63,997 nt of DNA. Source: a virus. Lineage: Duplodnaviria > Caudoviricetes. The DNA lies in IMG/VR virus record IMGVR_UViG_3300046018_000239, positions 1 to 63,997 of that record. The stretch is one strand, 5' to 3'. A program made the translations under genes and the position numbers. Below are positions 55,294 through 63,997 of this stretch, in pieces (the stretch's first letter is position 1; each line of letters begins with the position of its first letter). The notes beneath the pieces were generated by a model, which did no database searches, was not told the DNA's origin, and saw nothing but the letters and a program-made list of their open reading frames with translations.

Positions 55294-55885
55294 CTGGCGC
55301 CTCCATTAGATGCGTCTCCAGCATCCCATGCAGGCAGTCCGGGGACCGCGGGCGGGCCTGGGCCGCCATCAAGCCGGCGTCCAGGCCGTCCCACCAGGGA
55401 CGCAGCCGCACAGCCATGGTCTCGGCGATCATGTGCGGTTGCCGGATCACGTCTTCAAAGTCCAACGTCAGCAGCGGCACCGGGATGGCATTCAAGGCGC
55501 GTGGTTCATCGGCTTTCAGCTTGGCAACCATCAACCGCCGCGTGTTCCGCGTGTCAGGCACGTTGTGCCCCATGGCGCGCAGCAGCTTGATCTGGCTCTT
55601 TGCCTGCTGGCGCGGGTCACGCCGGAGCCAGATGGAGAAGAACCCGCCAGGGATCGAGACCGGCGCGCTTGGGCGTTGCATGCTGACATGCGGGTCCAGA
55701 ACCTTCACCGCTTTGCCGCCCTGCTGCGTGAGCCAGGACCAGGACATGCTGGGGTAGGTTTCCTGGCACTCAAAATCGGGGTAGCTGCCGGCGACCTTGG
55801 CGCCCCCAGCGGCCAGCATCTGCATGATGAGGCTGGTGCCGCAACGGCCGAGGCCGCAGACCAGCATGATGGGGCGGTCAACCAT
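55283..55885 (-). CDS. Sulfotransferase-family (P-loop) protein
   Basis: 5'-PSB-like VCGLGRCGTSLIMQML, 3'-PB-like LRRDP.QQAKS, LDFEDVIRQP; AAGGAGG upstream of ATG 55885. Confidence 0.75.
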   Translation of the reverse strand: MVDRPIMLVCGLGRCGTSLIMQMLAAGGAKVAGSYPDFECQETYPSMSWSWLTQQGGKAVKVLDPHVSMQRPSAPVSIPGGFFSIWLRRDPRQQAKSQIKLLRAMGHNVPDTRNTRRLMVAKLKADEPRALNAIPVPLLTLDFEDVIRQPHMIAETMAVRLRPWWDGLDAGLMAAQARPRSPDCLHGMLETHLMEAPDAR

Positions 55886-57119
55886 TGGTCCCCTCCTTCC
55901 GTGCTCCGGGTTCTTCATGCTGTTCCACCTCCGCCGGCTGCCCGAACGGCAGCGCCAGGTGCGCCGTCGCCGAGGCAATGGCCGCCTCCTTCCGTCCCGG
56001 CATCAGGTGAGCGTAGCGCATGGTGGTCTGGAGGTTCCGGTGCCCCAGAGCCTCGCCCACCAGCCGCAGATCGCCGCCGTCAGTCAGCAGCCAGGACGCG
56101 AAGGTATGCCGCAGGTCGTGGATGCGGGCGTCGGGCACGCCGGCCGCCTTGGTCGCGGTGCGGAAGCTGCGGCGGAAGTCCTGGATCTGCCGGCCGCGGT
56201 AGAGGTGCGAGGCGCAGTGCGGGCAGCGGCACGCAACCTGCTCCCGGCCATAGACGAACACGGGCCCGGTGCGCCTGGCCGGCTCGGGCTCCAGGAAGGC
56301 CAGCAGCGCGAGCGCCGGCTGGGTCAGGCTGATCGTCAGGCGACGGTCGCCCTTCTGGATCATCACCGCCCGCGCCAAGTCGAAGCTGACGTTCTCCCAC
56401 TGTAGGCCCGTGAGGTTGCCCTTTCGCAGGCCGGTCAGCAGGTCGAAGAACACCAGCGGCCGGGCGTGCGGGATGATGGTCCGCAGCACCTGGCCGGCGG
56501 TGTCGTGGCCGAGAAACCGCTCCCTGCCTTCCGGTTCCTTCATGGTGTGCTTCGCCTTCTCCCAGGTGCCGGCCTCGGCGCCCAGGATCTCCGTGGCGTA
56601 CTTGCAGACGACGCGGAGGGTGGAGAGGTAGCGGTTGACCGTCGCCGGGCTGGACGCCGCGTGCTTGGCGTTCTGCTCCTCGGTCGCGCCCTCTCCGTCA
56701 CGCAGGCCGCGCACCAGCCGGGCAATGCAGGCGTCATCGAGGTCGCGCAGGTCCGTCGCCGGCCCCAGCACGCGCAAAATGCGTGCCAGGAAGTAGCGTT
56801 GCGCCTCCTTCCCGTAGCCGCTGTCCTTCCCCTTGTCCTCGTACCAGCGCACGAAGGCCTCGTTCAGGGTGAGCCGGGGCTTTTCCCGCTCGCCGAGTTG
56901 GATGCGGCGCCAGGTGCGCTCCCGCTCCGCCGCGGCGAACGCGGCTGCTGCGGCGTGGTCCGCAGTCCCGCAGCTACCGCGAAGTCGATCACCCCCGATG
57001 CTGAAGTCATAGTGCCACCACGGGCTGCCCGCCCGGGTGACAAGCCACTCCTCCCCCGCGATTTTCCGCCGGCGGCCGGCTGGGGGCTTTGGTCGAGGGT
57101 CTGGTGTTGCTGCTGCCAT
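55878..57119 (-). CDS. int: Tyrosine integrase
   Basis: TGLRKGN, HDLRH, LGH, TMRYAH; N-terminal arm-binding WHYDFSIGG.R.RGS.GT; AGGAGG upstream of ATG 57119. Confidence 0.95.
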   Translation of the reverse strand: MAAATPDPRPKPPAGRRRKIAGEEWLVTRAGSPWWHYDFSIGGDRLRGSCGTADHAAAAAFAAAERERTWRRIQLGEREKPRLTLNEAFVRWYEDKGKDSGYGKEAQRYFLARILRVLGPATDLRDLDDACIARLVRGLRDGEGATEEQNAKHAASSPATVNRYLSTLRVVCKYATEILGAEAGTWEKAKHTMKEPEGRERFLGHDTAGQVLRTIIPHARPLVFFDLLTGLRKGNLTGLQWENVSFDLARAVMIQKGDRRLTISLTQPALALLAFLEPEPARRTGPVFVYGREQVACRCPHCASHLYRGRQIQDFRRSFRTATKAAGVPDARIHDLRHTFASWLLTDGGDLRLVGEALGHRNLQTTMRYAHLMPGRKEAAIASATAHLALPFGQPAEVEQHEEPGARKEGTNG

Positions 57120-57292
57120 TGCTGCCTCCTGTTCAGCCACTCCGCCAGCAGGGGCCTGGTGTACCGGCGCATTGTGCCGATGGTCACACAGGGCACCCCC
57201 GCAGCGCGGAAGGTCTTTGCATCAAGATGCAGGAGGGCAGCCGCTTGCTTGAGCGTAAGCAGCTGCAGGTCAGCGTCGGTGTATGTCGTCAC
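56864..57292 (-). CDS. xis: Excisionase-like winged-HTH protein; C-terminal tail overlaps int
   Basis: LLTLKQAAALLHLDAKTF...IG...RY....L.EW; immediately upstream of int. Confidence 0.75.
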   Translation of the reverse strand: MTTYTDADLQLLTLKQAAALLHLDAKTFRAAGVPCVTIGTMRRYTRPLLAEWLNRRQQWQQQHQTLDQSPQPAAGGKSRGRSGLSPGRAARGGTMTSASGVIDFAVAAGLRTTPQQPRSPRRSGSAPGAASNSASGKSPGSP

Positions 57293-57378
57293 TGGTAACG
57301 CCCCCTGCTTGTTGGGAAGGGGGGCAGGGCAGCGCGCCCGTCACATCGCGCTTGCTGCCCAGGGTGGAAGGGTAGGCC

Positions 57379-57849
57379 TCAGTCAGCCTGCAGCGGTTCC
57401 CCAACCTCTGCGGTGACTTCGGCCAAGCGGGCTTCGGCGTCCTGCGCTCGGGCGAACTGCTCGACGGTCTGCCGGATGATGCGCTGCTGCGCCTCGTCCA
57501 GCAGGTTGTACCGCTCCAGCAGGTCCACATTCGCGTGCGTCAGGAGTTCGGCATCGCTGGCGCGCGTGACCTTCGTCGTGCTGGTCGTCAGCGGGTCGAA
57601 GCCTTCGGCGAACCAGGCGATCTCGAATCCCAACGCGCGGGCGATGGCCCACAGCCGGTTGAAGAACATCCGGTTGCGGCCAGTCTCGTACTTCTCGATC
57701 GCCTGCGTGGTGAGGCCAAGCTGCGATGCGAGGTAGTCGCGCGACCAACCTCGCTGTGTGCGGGCCTGCTTGACCCGCTCGCCCAGGTAGATGTCCAGCG
57801 GTTCCACCGCCTCGGCGCGGGTCCGTGCGGCGGTCAGGGCAGACGACAT
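57379..57849 (-). CDS. XRE-family HTH transcriptional regulator
   Basis: LGERVKQAR...SRDYLASQLGLTTQAIEKYETGRNR; GAGGAG RBS. Confidence 0.92.
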   Translation of the reverse strand: MSSALTAARTRAEAVEPLDIYLGERVKQARTQRGWSRDYLASQLGLTTQAIEKYETGRNRMFFNRLWAIARALGFEIAWFAEGFDPLTTSTTKVTRASDAELLTHANVDLLERYNLLDEAQQRIIRQTVEQFARAQDAEARLAEVTAEVGEPLQAD

Positions 57850-57870
57850 GATCGGTACTCCTCAGTTGGG

Positions 57871-58149
57871 CTATTCGCCCGCGGTGACTCGCAGGCGAGG
57901 CTTTGCCGGCTGCTTGTCGCTGGCGGGCATGAAGGCCGCCAGCATTTCGGCGATGAAAGCATGTCCTGCCGGGGGCAAATGCAGCGTCTGGATCGACGCC
58001 TCAGTGGCAGCACGATCAGCGCGACGGTCGGCGCTGACGGTCGCACCGCGCAGGGTGACAACCGGGGCAGAGTGCGGCGGCAGGTCGATGATGATCTGGC
58101 GCAGCGATATGCGGGGCGAGAACGTGTTGGGCGTGTCTTGAGCGGCCAT
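57871..58149 (-). CDS. Hypothetical protein
   Basis: GGAGG upstream of ATG 58149. Confidence 0.6.
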   Translation of the reverse strand: MAAQDTPNTFSPRISLRQIIIDLPPHSAPVVTLRGATVSADRRADRAATEASIQTLHLPPAGHAFIAEMLAAFMPASDKQPAKPRLRVTAGE

Positions 58150-58316
58150 CCGAAAAGCCTCCGGGAGCGGCCACCATAGGCCGTTGCTCGCCCTATGGCA
58201 TGTTGCGTGGTCGCGAAGCAATACTGTTGGGATGCCCTCCCCGATACGTGCGCCTGCATAGTTACCTTCCACCTCTCGTTAATTAGCCGCAGGCTTCCAC
58301 CTGCGGTTGTGCCCCG

Positions 58317-58868
58317 TTAATGCTTCGACGCGCTGGGCGGGTTCTTGTCGATCTCGTCACCCGCGACTTCCACGAACTCCGGATCGGAGAGGAGGCGGGG
58401 CTGATCGGGCTTCACCACCACGGGCGCGCGGTCGTCCATGAACTCGCCGGCGTCGGCCAGCACGATGACGACCTGCTTGCTGCCGTAGCCGCTGGCGGCG
58501 CGCAGCAGGGCCATGGCTTCCGTCTCGCTGGAGGCGTCCAGGCCGATGACCGCCTTCATGCCGGCCTTGGCGGTGACGCTCTCCAGCAGCCCGCCGATGG
58601 AGGGCAGGCCGTGATTGGCGAACAGCGCGACGACGCCGCGGACCACCTCCTCCGCGGCGTGCTGGGCGGCGTTGATGGTGGCGCGCTGTTCGTCCTCGCT
58701 GCGATCGGACCAGGCGCGCTTGTCCTGTTCCTGGCGGAGGCGGTGGAGGAGGAAGTCGCGCACGTCGCCGGCGCAGGTCTTCAGCGCGAGGGCTTCGATC
58801 TCGGTCGCGCGGACAACCTTGTCGGCGATGCGCTCCTTGATGGAGGCGGTACGGGGGCGGGTGGTCAT
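58317..58868 (-). CDS. Conserved phage hypothetical protein
   Basis: AAGGA RBS; GDVRDFLL...W...SEDEQ pattern. Confidence 0.75.
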   Translation of the reverse strand: MTTRPRTASIKERIADKVVRATEIEALALKTCAGDVRDFLLHRLRQEQDKRAWSDRSEDEQRATINAAQHAAEEVVRGVVALFANHGLPSIGGLLESVTAKAGMKAVIGLDASSETEAMALLRAASGYGSKQVVIVLADAGEFMDDRAPVVVKPDQPRLLSDPEFVEVAGDEIDKNPPSASKH

Positions 58869-58887
58869 GGGGCGTTTCCTTCGTGGT

Positions 58888-59196
58888 TCAGAAGCTGGCG
58901 GCGTCGGGGCCGACGATCTGCTGCAGCAGCGCATTGCCCTTCTTCGTGAGGTTGATGTGGACCGTGCGCCGGTCGTGGACCGACTGGACGCGCGTGACCC
59001 AGCCGGCATCGACGGCCTTCTGCGCACAGCGCGTGACGACCGGCTTCGTCGTCTCGATGTGGCCGGCGTAGTCGCCGACCGAGAGGTTGCCATTGGCGTG
59101 GACGGCCATCAGGAACGCCAACTGGCGAACGGTGAAGTCCGGGTCGGCTTTGCCGGCGCGCACGCAGGCGGCGCCGAGTGTTGCAGGGGTGAGCAT
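58888..59196 (-). CDS. MarR-family winged-helix regulator
   Basis: TVRQLAFL, KPVVTR, GWVTR....DRRTVHINLTKKG. Confidence 0.88.
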   Translation of the reverse strand: MLTPATLGAACVRAGKADPDFTVRQLAFLMAVHANGNLSVGDYAGHIETTKPVVTRCAQKAVDAGWVTRVQSVHDRRTVHINLTKKGNALLQQIVGPDAASF

Positions 59197-59214
59197 GGGG
59201 TGTCCTTTCGGGGT

Positions 59215-59550
59215 TCAGCGGTCGAGGTAGGCGAGTTCCCGCCGGGCTTCAGCACGCGCTTCAGCGGCCTCCTCCGCAGCGGATTCGAGGTCTTCCATGG
59301 CAGAGGCGATGGCTTCGCACTCGCCCTCGCGGTTCCACCAGGCGTCGAGGGCGTCCTGGCAGCCGGAGTGCCAGGCCAGGCCGTCGCACCGCTCGACGCT
59401 TTCCACCTCGGCGCTGGGGCCATGGCCGGGCTCGTAGTAGCTGCCGCGGTGTTCCGCCGTGAACCGGAAGCGCACCAGCACCGGCACCTCCAGTTCCAGG
59501 CTGCCACCCAGCAGCAGCGTGTGGTCGAGCGTGTGCATCGCGCGGGTCAC
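59215..59550 (-). CDS. Hypothetical protein
   Basis: GTGA overlap with the SbcC-like gene; AGGAG nearby. Confidence 0.65.
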   Translation of the reverse strand: MTRAMHTLDHTLLLGGSLELEVPVLVRFRFTAEHRGSYYEPGHGPSAEVESVERCDGLAWHSGCQDALDAWWNREGECEAIASAMEDLESAAEEAAEARAEARRELAYLDR

Positions 59551-61244
59551 TCCTGCTCGGCCAGCACGCCGTCCTGCAGCCAGTAGGCGCTGCCGGCGCC
59601 CATCTTCCGCAGGGCCGGGATGGTGCCGGGGTTGTTGTCGGGGAAGGAACAGGCGACGACGCTGGGGATGCCGAGCGCCCACAGCGCCTTGAACAAGCCC
59701 GGCCGCGCCGTCCGCACCAGCACGTCCGCCCGGTCCACCAGCACGAAGGCCGCGCCCTCCAGCTTCGCCAGGGTCAGGGCGATGCAGGTATCAACGCACC
59801 ACTTCTCGCTCTCGGAGAGGTAGGCGAAGGCCCGGCCGTTCAGCGCGGCGGAGAGGTCCTCCTGGAGCGTCACGTCGCCCCACATCGCGGCGGCGCTGAT
59901 CTCGGCCATGCTGGCGTTGAAGCCAGCCACGGCCTTGCCCGCCTTCACGGCGCGGCAGCCGTCCTCCTTCAGCGCGGCGAGCATCGGCTGGGTGCGGTGC
60001 CAGTCCTGGTAGAGCGCGGACGCCTTGACCCAGCAGTCCACGGCCTTCAGTCGCTCCTCCAGCTTGGCCACCACCAGCCGGGCCTCTGCGACCTGCTCGG
60101 CCGGCGGCCTCTTGGCGATTGCCAGGGCGTCCAGCTTGCGCTGGGCGTTCGCCGCGGCGCGCATCGTCACCGCCAGGTCAGCGAGAACGCTGCGCTTGGC
60201 ATCGGCTTCGCGCCGGGCCTTCCGCAGCGCGTCGTCGGTCGCCACGATCTCCGCCGCCATCCGCGCCGCTGCCTTGCGAGCCTCGGCCTCGTTGGTGGTG
60301 TCGGCCACGATGGTCGGCACCCCGTTCGCGCTGCGGCTGAGGCGCAGTGGGGCATGGCAGTGCGGGCAGGGGATGGAGGAGACGGCGACCGTCTCCGCCG
60401 AGGCTGGCAGCACGGCGCGTTCGCGGGTCAGGCGTTCGACGCCGGAATCCAGTTCCGCCAGTTCCGCCGTCAGCGTCGAGTGCCGGGCAGAGACAGCCTC
60501 GCCTTCCGCGACCGTGGCCCGGAGCCGGTCGGCCTCGGCGGCATCCACCGCGCTGGCGCCGACCAGTTTCTCCAGCGCCTCAGAGGCGAGGCGAAGATCC
60601 TCGGCGGTGTCCGCGACGGTGTAATCCTCATCGGGCAGCAGCGCGCCGGGGCGCCAGGTCGCCGCCTTCTTGTCGCCCCAGGCGGTTTTCGTGACCTGCG
60701 ACCACGCGCCCTTCTTCTTCGTCGAGGCCTCGGCCGCCGCCGTCGCCACGGCGTCCCAGCCGCTGGTTTCGATGCGCTCCCACAGGGCTGGCGCCGCCGC
60801 GGGGTCGCCGCCGTTCCCCGCCAGGTACTCGGCCAGGTCCTCGATGGTGGGCTGGGCGTCGCAGCGCGCGGCGAACTCCTGCCGGCGCTCGCTGTCGCTG
60901 CATTGCGACCACAGCCGGGCGCCGATCCCCAGCGACGAGCCGAAGGGCACGCTGCGCAACTGCCCCTCGGTCTGGAGGGTGCCTTCCGGCCACACGACAC
61001 GCTGGCTGCCGGCGCCCCAATCCAGGGTGGCGCTGCCGGCTTCGGCGCCTTCACGCAGCACGTTCGGCAGGTCGCGCTTCTTCACCGCGCCATGGATGGC
61101 CGGTTCGTTGAGCGCGACTGCGGCGACGGCGTTCAGCAGCGAACTCTTGCCGGCGCGGTTCTGCCCGGCGATGAGAACGATGCCTTCCAGGCGGAAGTCT
61201 GCCGACTTCACGCCCAGGACGTTTCTGACCCTGACCTTCAGCAT
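59547..61244 (-). CDS. SbcC/Rad50-like SMC ATPase
   Basis: Walker A GQNRAGKSS, coiled coils around a CPHC zinc hook, LSESEK signature, VLVDRAD Walker B. Confidence 0.88.
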   Translation of the reverse strand: MLKVRVRNVLGVKSADFRLEGIVLIAGQNRAGKSSLLNAVAAVALNEPAIHGAVKKRDLPNVLREGAEAGSATLDWGAGSQRVVWPEGTLQTEGQLRSVPFGSSLGIGARLWSQCSDSERRQEFAARCDAQPTIEDLAEYLAGNGGDPAAAPALWERIETSGWDAVATAAAEASTKKKGAWSQVTKTAWGDKKAATWRPGALLPDEDYTVADTAEDLRLASEALEKLVGASAVDAAEADRLRATVAEGEAVSARHSTLTAELAELDSGVERLTRERAVLPASAETVAVSSIPCPHCHAPLRLSRSANGVPTIVADTTNEAEARKAAARMAAEIVATDDALRKARREADAKRSVLADLAVTMRAAANAQRKLDALAIAKRPPAEQVAEARLVVAKLEERLKAVDCWVKASALYQDWHRTQPMLAALKEDGCRAVKAGKAVAGFNASMAEISAAAMWGDVTLQEDLSAALNGRAFAYLSESEKWCVDTCIALTLAKLEGAAFVLVDRADVLVRTARPGLFKALWALGIPSVVACSFPDNNPGTIPALRKMGAGSAYWLQDGVLAEQE

Positions 61245-61432
61245 GGGGCTGGCTCCTTTGCCGAGGTGTCGCCGGCCAAGCGCTGGCTGATAAGCGCCAG
61301 CACGCCGGCTTCGTCAGGCGCATAAAAGCGAGTGGGCGAGCCGGGCTTTCCGGGCGTTGTCGTCCAGGACTGCCCGAACGTGACCAGGAATCCGTTCGAA
61401 ATCGCCTCGATGGTGATGCTGATCGATGCCAT
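61238..61432 (-). CDS. Hypothetical protein
   Basis: ATG 61432 directly after the upstream stop; ITIEAISNGFLV N-terminus. Confidence 0.65.
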   Translation of the reverse strand: MASISITIEAISNGFLVTFGQSWTTTPGKPGSPTRFYAPDEAGVLALISQRLAGDTSAKEPAPC

Positions 61433-61433
61433 C

Positions 61434-62609
61434 TCAGCCCCCGAAGTTGAAGTCGGGGACGGGCTTCTTGCCGGCCGGGGCAGCGGGCGCTTCGGGCTCG
61501 GCCTCAGGCGGGATCTCGCCATAGTCCTCGCCGGTCTGCTCCTCCTCCTCCGGCGCAGATGCCACTTCCTCCTCGGGCGGGGCTTCCACCACGGGTTCCG
61601 GCTTCGGCGCGGCCTTGGGCTGGGCCTTCGGCTTCGCGGGCGCGGCGGGCTTGGCCGGCTCGGGCTTCGCGGTCGGCGCGGCAGCGCGCGGCTTCAACGG
61701 CGGCTGCTCCTCCGCATCCTCGGTCTGCACCGCGCCGGCTGCGGCCGCGGCTTCGGACACGGTATCGCCGGCCACTACGCCCTTGCCGCCGGCAGAACCC
61801 GGCCAGAGGTCGTCGGGCTGCACCATGCCGTCCTTCACGGCCTTCAGGTCGGCGTAGGTCCGGGCCATCTGCGACGCGGACCAATCGCGGTAGGTGGTCG
61901 CCAGCGCGCTCTCGATTGCCGCCAGGCTGAGGCGCATGCCCTCGATCGTGCCGACCAGCCACTCCCGGAACTTCTCGGGGTTCTGCTCGACGCGGCCGAG
62001 GATGCTGTCCTTCGCCGCCATGTACGCGACGTTGGTGATGGTGGGGATGGCGGCCACCACCACGTTGCGGATCGCCTTGGACTGGCCGATCTGGAACACG
62101 ATGTCCAACTGGCGGCCACCGTCCTTCATGCCGGTGTTCTGGCCCTTCCGCTGCTGGAACTCGCGGACGACCGTGACGCCCTTCTCCAGGTCCTGGAACG
62201 TGGCTGAGAACGTCCAGGCGTCGTGCGTCTCACGCACTACCGTCGCGCCGACGCGGCAGTTGCCGTAGCAGCTGGCGACGGCCATGGCGCAGTCGATGGA
62301 CGGCCCCTCGACGAAGGTCGTGGAAAACCCTTCGCCGTCCTTGTTCCGGCTCTTGAAGGGGATGCGGTAGTAGAAGTCGTTGCCGCTGGCATTGCCGAGG
62401 GCCTTCGCCTCGGTCAGCACCTCCTTCAGGTTCCGCTTCACCGCGACGCGCTGCGCCGTGACGAAGTTGGCCAGGGCCTGATCGGTCGCGGCGCCGCCAA
62501 CGCGGGGGGTCAGCGCGGGCAGCATGTCGCTGCCGGCGCCCGAGGTGGCTTCCTCGTAGGAATCGCGCATGGGGTCACGCAGCGCGGGGCGGGTACGGGT
62601 TTCCGACAT
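61434..62609 (-). CDS. Putative single-strand annealing/recombination protein
   Basis: YYRIP...VEGPSI..A...YGN motif, SKAIRN, acidic disordered tail; lies between the exonuclease and SbcC-like genes. Confidence 0.6.
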   Translation of the reverse strand: MSETRTRPALRDPMRDSYEEATSGAGSDMLPALTPRVGGAATDQALANFVTAQRVAVKRNLKEVLTEAKALGNASGNDFYYRIPFKSRNKDGEGFSTTFVEGPSIDCAMAVASCYGNCRVGATVVRETHDAWTFSATFQDLEKGVTVVREFQQRKGQNTGMKDGGRQLDIVFQIGQSKAIRNVVVAAIPTITNVAYMAAKDSILGRVEQNPEKFREWLVGTIEGMRLSLAAIESALATTYRDWSASQMARTYADLKAVKDGMVQPDDLWPGSAGGKGVVAGDTVSEAAAAAGAVQTEDAEEQPPLKPRAAAPTAKPEPAKPAAPAKPKAQPKAAPKPEPVVEAPPEEEVASAPEEEEQTGEDYGEIPPEAEPEAPAAPAGKKPVPDFNFGG

Positions 62610-62613
62610 GGCG

Positions 62614-62970
62614 TTAGCCCTCGCCCGTCTGCGTGGCGAAGGACGCCTCGCTGAACACGGGGGCCGGCGCGACGGGCAGCGGTTCGGCTTCCGCCTCGTC
62701 CATGACCAGCAGGTCCGCCACGCCCAGCCAGAAGCCCGCGGCGGTCAGAGCATCGTTCGGCGCCATGTCGTCGAACATGCCGCCCATCGCCATGCTGCTG
62801 GAGGTGGCGGCGGGCACGTCGATGCTGCCATCGGTGTTCACGAAAACGCAGACCCCGCGCAATTTCAGGTTGAACGACGCACCTTCGGGGCGGCCGTTCA
62901 GGGTGGCACGCGCCCAGGCGCGGGCTTCCTCGGCGCGCGGGGGCAGGGCTGCAATCGGGGGCAGGGGCAT
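62614..62970 (-). CDS. Hypothetical protein
   Basis: GAGGA upstream of ATG 62970. Confidence 0.65.
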   Translation of the reverse strand: MPLPPIAALPPRAEEARAWARATLNGRPEGASFNLKLRGVCVFVNTDGSIDVPAATSSSMAMGGMFDDMAPNDALTAAGFWLGVADLLVMDEAEAEPLPVAPAPVFSEASFATQTGEG

Positions 62971-62987
62971 AGGGACGGTCCTCTTGT

Positions 62988-63839
62988 TCAGCGACGATGG
63001 GAGCGGCAGGAATCGGTGCCAAAAGCAGGACACCACCTCGCGCTGCAGAGGGCAGACGCGGGATTCGGCAGGAAGGCGTTGATCGGCGCCTCGCCCTTCG
63101 GATTGGCAGCGCGCATGGCGAACTCGGCCACGTCGCGCTTGATGGAGCCCAGCACGGACCACGCATCCTGCCGGGCCTGCGCCACGTCGATCGCGTGCGT
63201 CTCGGCCGGCGGCTGCTCGTCCCGCAGCGGGACGCGCTTGATGTAGTCCTCGGCGATGCGGCGGATGTTGAAGCCGTGCGCCTGGAAGATCATCGAGTAG
63301 GCGCCGTACTGGACGGCGTTCATGCGGCGCATGCGGCCCGTCTTCAGGTCGTGCAGCCCGTCTCCATCGTCGCCAGCGTCGGCGGCCATGAGGTCCAGCT
63401 GCCCGGACAGCACCAGCCCGGGGGCAAACTCGGCCTCGGCGCGCTCCTCGATTAGCACCGGGCGCAGATCCACCGCGACCTGGTGGCGGTACACCCGCGT
63501 CATGCGGACGACCTGCTTCTCCGCCACGTTCGGCGTGGGGCTGGTGTCGTCCCACTCCGCGCCCTCGGCCTCGATGCGCTGGCGCAGGCCGATGACGGCC
63601 TGTTCCGCCGCGTCGGCGTCGGTGCCGGGGCCGCTGCCGGCCTTCATGCACTCCAGCGTCCAGCCGGCGCCCGCATGCACGCCGGACCCCACCAACGCAC
63701 CAGCGCCAGCCGCGCGCTCGGCGTTGACCGTGTAGCCGGCTGCGGCGAGGTGGTCGCGCAGATGCCGCGCGCTCCAGCGCCTCGGACAATCGAGGTACGT
63801 GACCAAGCTGCTCGGCCGGATGATGAGGTCGGCGCTCAC
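62988..63839 (-). CDS. PD-(D/E)xK (RecB/Cas4-like) exonuclease
   Basis: RPSSL..YLDCPRRW, GSGVH, LSGQLD, DLKTG, QYGAY, LCSARWCP....C; the GTG start overlaps the stop of the duplicated 15..326 gene. Confidence 0.9.
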   Translation of the reverse strand: MSADLIIRPSSLVTYLDCPRRWSARHLRDHLAAAGYTVNAERAAGAGALVGSGVHAGAGWTLECMKAGSGPGTDADAAEQAVIGLRQRIEAEGAEWDDTSPTPNVAEKQVVRMTRVYRHQVAVDLRPVLIEERAEAEFAPGLVLSGQLDLMAADAGDDGDGLHDLKTGRMRRMNAVQYGAYSMIFQAHGFNIRRIAEDYIKRVPLRDEQPPAETHAIDVAQARQDAWSVLGSIKRDVAEFAMRAANPKGEAPINAFLPNPASALCSARWCPAFGTDSCRSHRR

Positions 63840-63997
63840 TGCTTGGTCATCGTCCGGCCAGCAGTGGCGCGCATGGCCTGCATGTTCTGCAGCAACTGCT
63901 GGCCGATGTTGCTGGTGATGCTGTCGAGGCTGCCCGGCTCTTTCTCCATGGCCACACACACCAGCGCCAGCGCCACGGTAATGGTGTTGATTGCACG
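63822..63997. repeat. Terminal direct repeat, right copy
   Basis: Matches 1-176 (127 bp exact, then 5 substitutions). Confidence 0.95.

Noticed and set aside
62988-63839. cas4 / CRISPR system
   Set aside because: No repeat-spacer array or other cas genes were seen; the context is a phage recombination operon.

Overview
The window is best read as the near-complete, circularly permuted genome (about 63.8 kb) of a GC-rich temperate podovirus-like phage with a P22-type portal, head-completion and ejection gene set. The host is probably alphaproteobacterial, which is inferred from gene families, promoter style and the tRNA fragment. The last 176 bp repeat the first 176 bp (127 bp exact, then 5 substitutions). 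Modules in order: the start of a leftward early operon (1538 down to 15, continuing at 63839); rightward replication genes (RusA, DUF1376 initiator-like, Twinkle/T7 gp4-like primase-helicase); a short leftward cassette; a degenerate serine-resolvase gene heading eight coupled genes that share an N-terminal Thr-Thr leader; a second leftward cassette; a candidate packaging region; TerL, lysis and fibre genes; portal, scaffold, capsid, tail and ejection genes; a roughly 4000-aa DarB-like polyvalent protein containing a nested out-of-frame gene; an attP-like 5' half of tRNA-Pro(GGG) with its own promoter; and a leftward exonuclease/SSAP/SbcC/regulator/xis/int/sulfotransferase operon. All family calls come from motifs recognised by eye. 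No database searches were run, and several start codons were re-assigned from RBS and stop-start overlaps.
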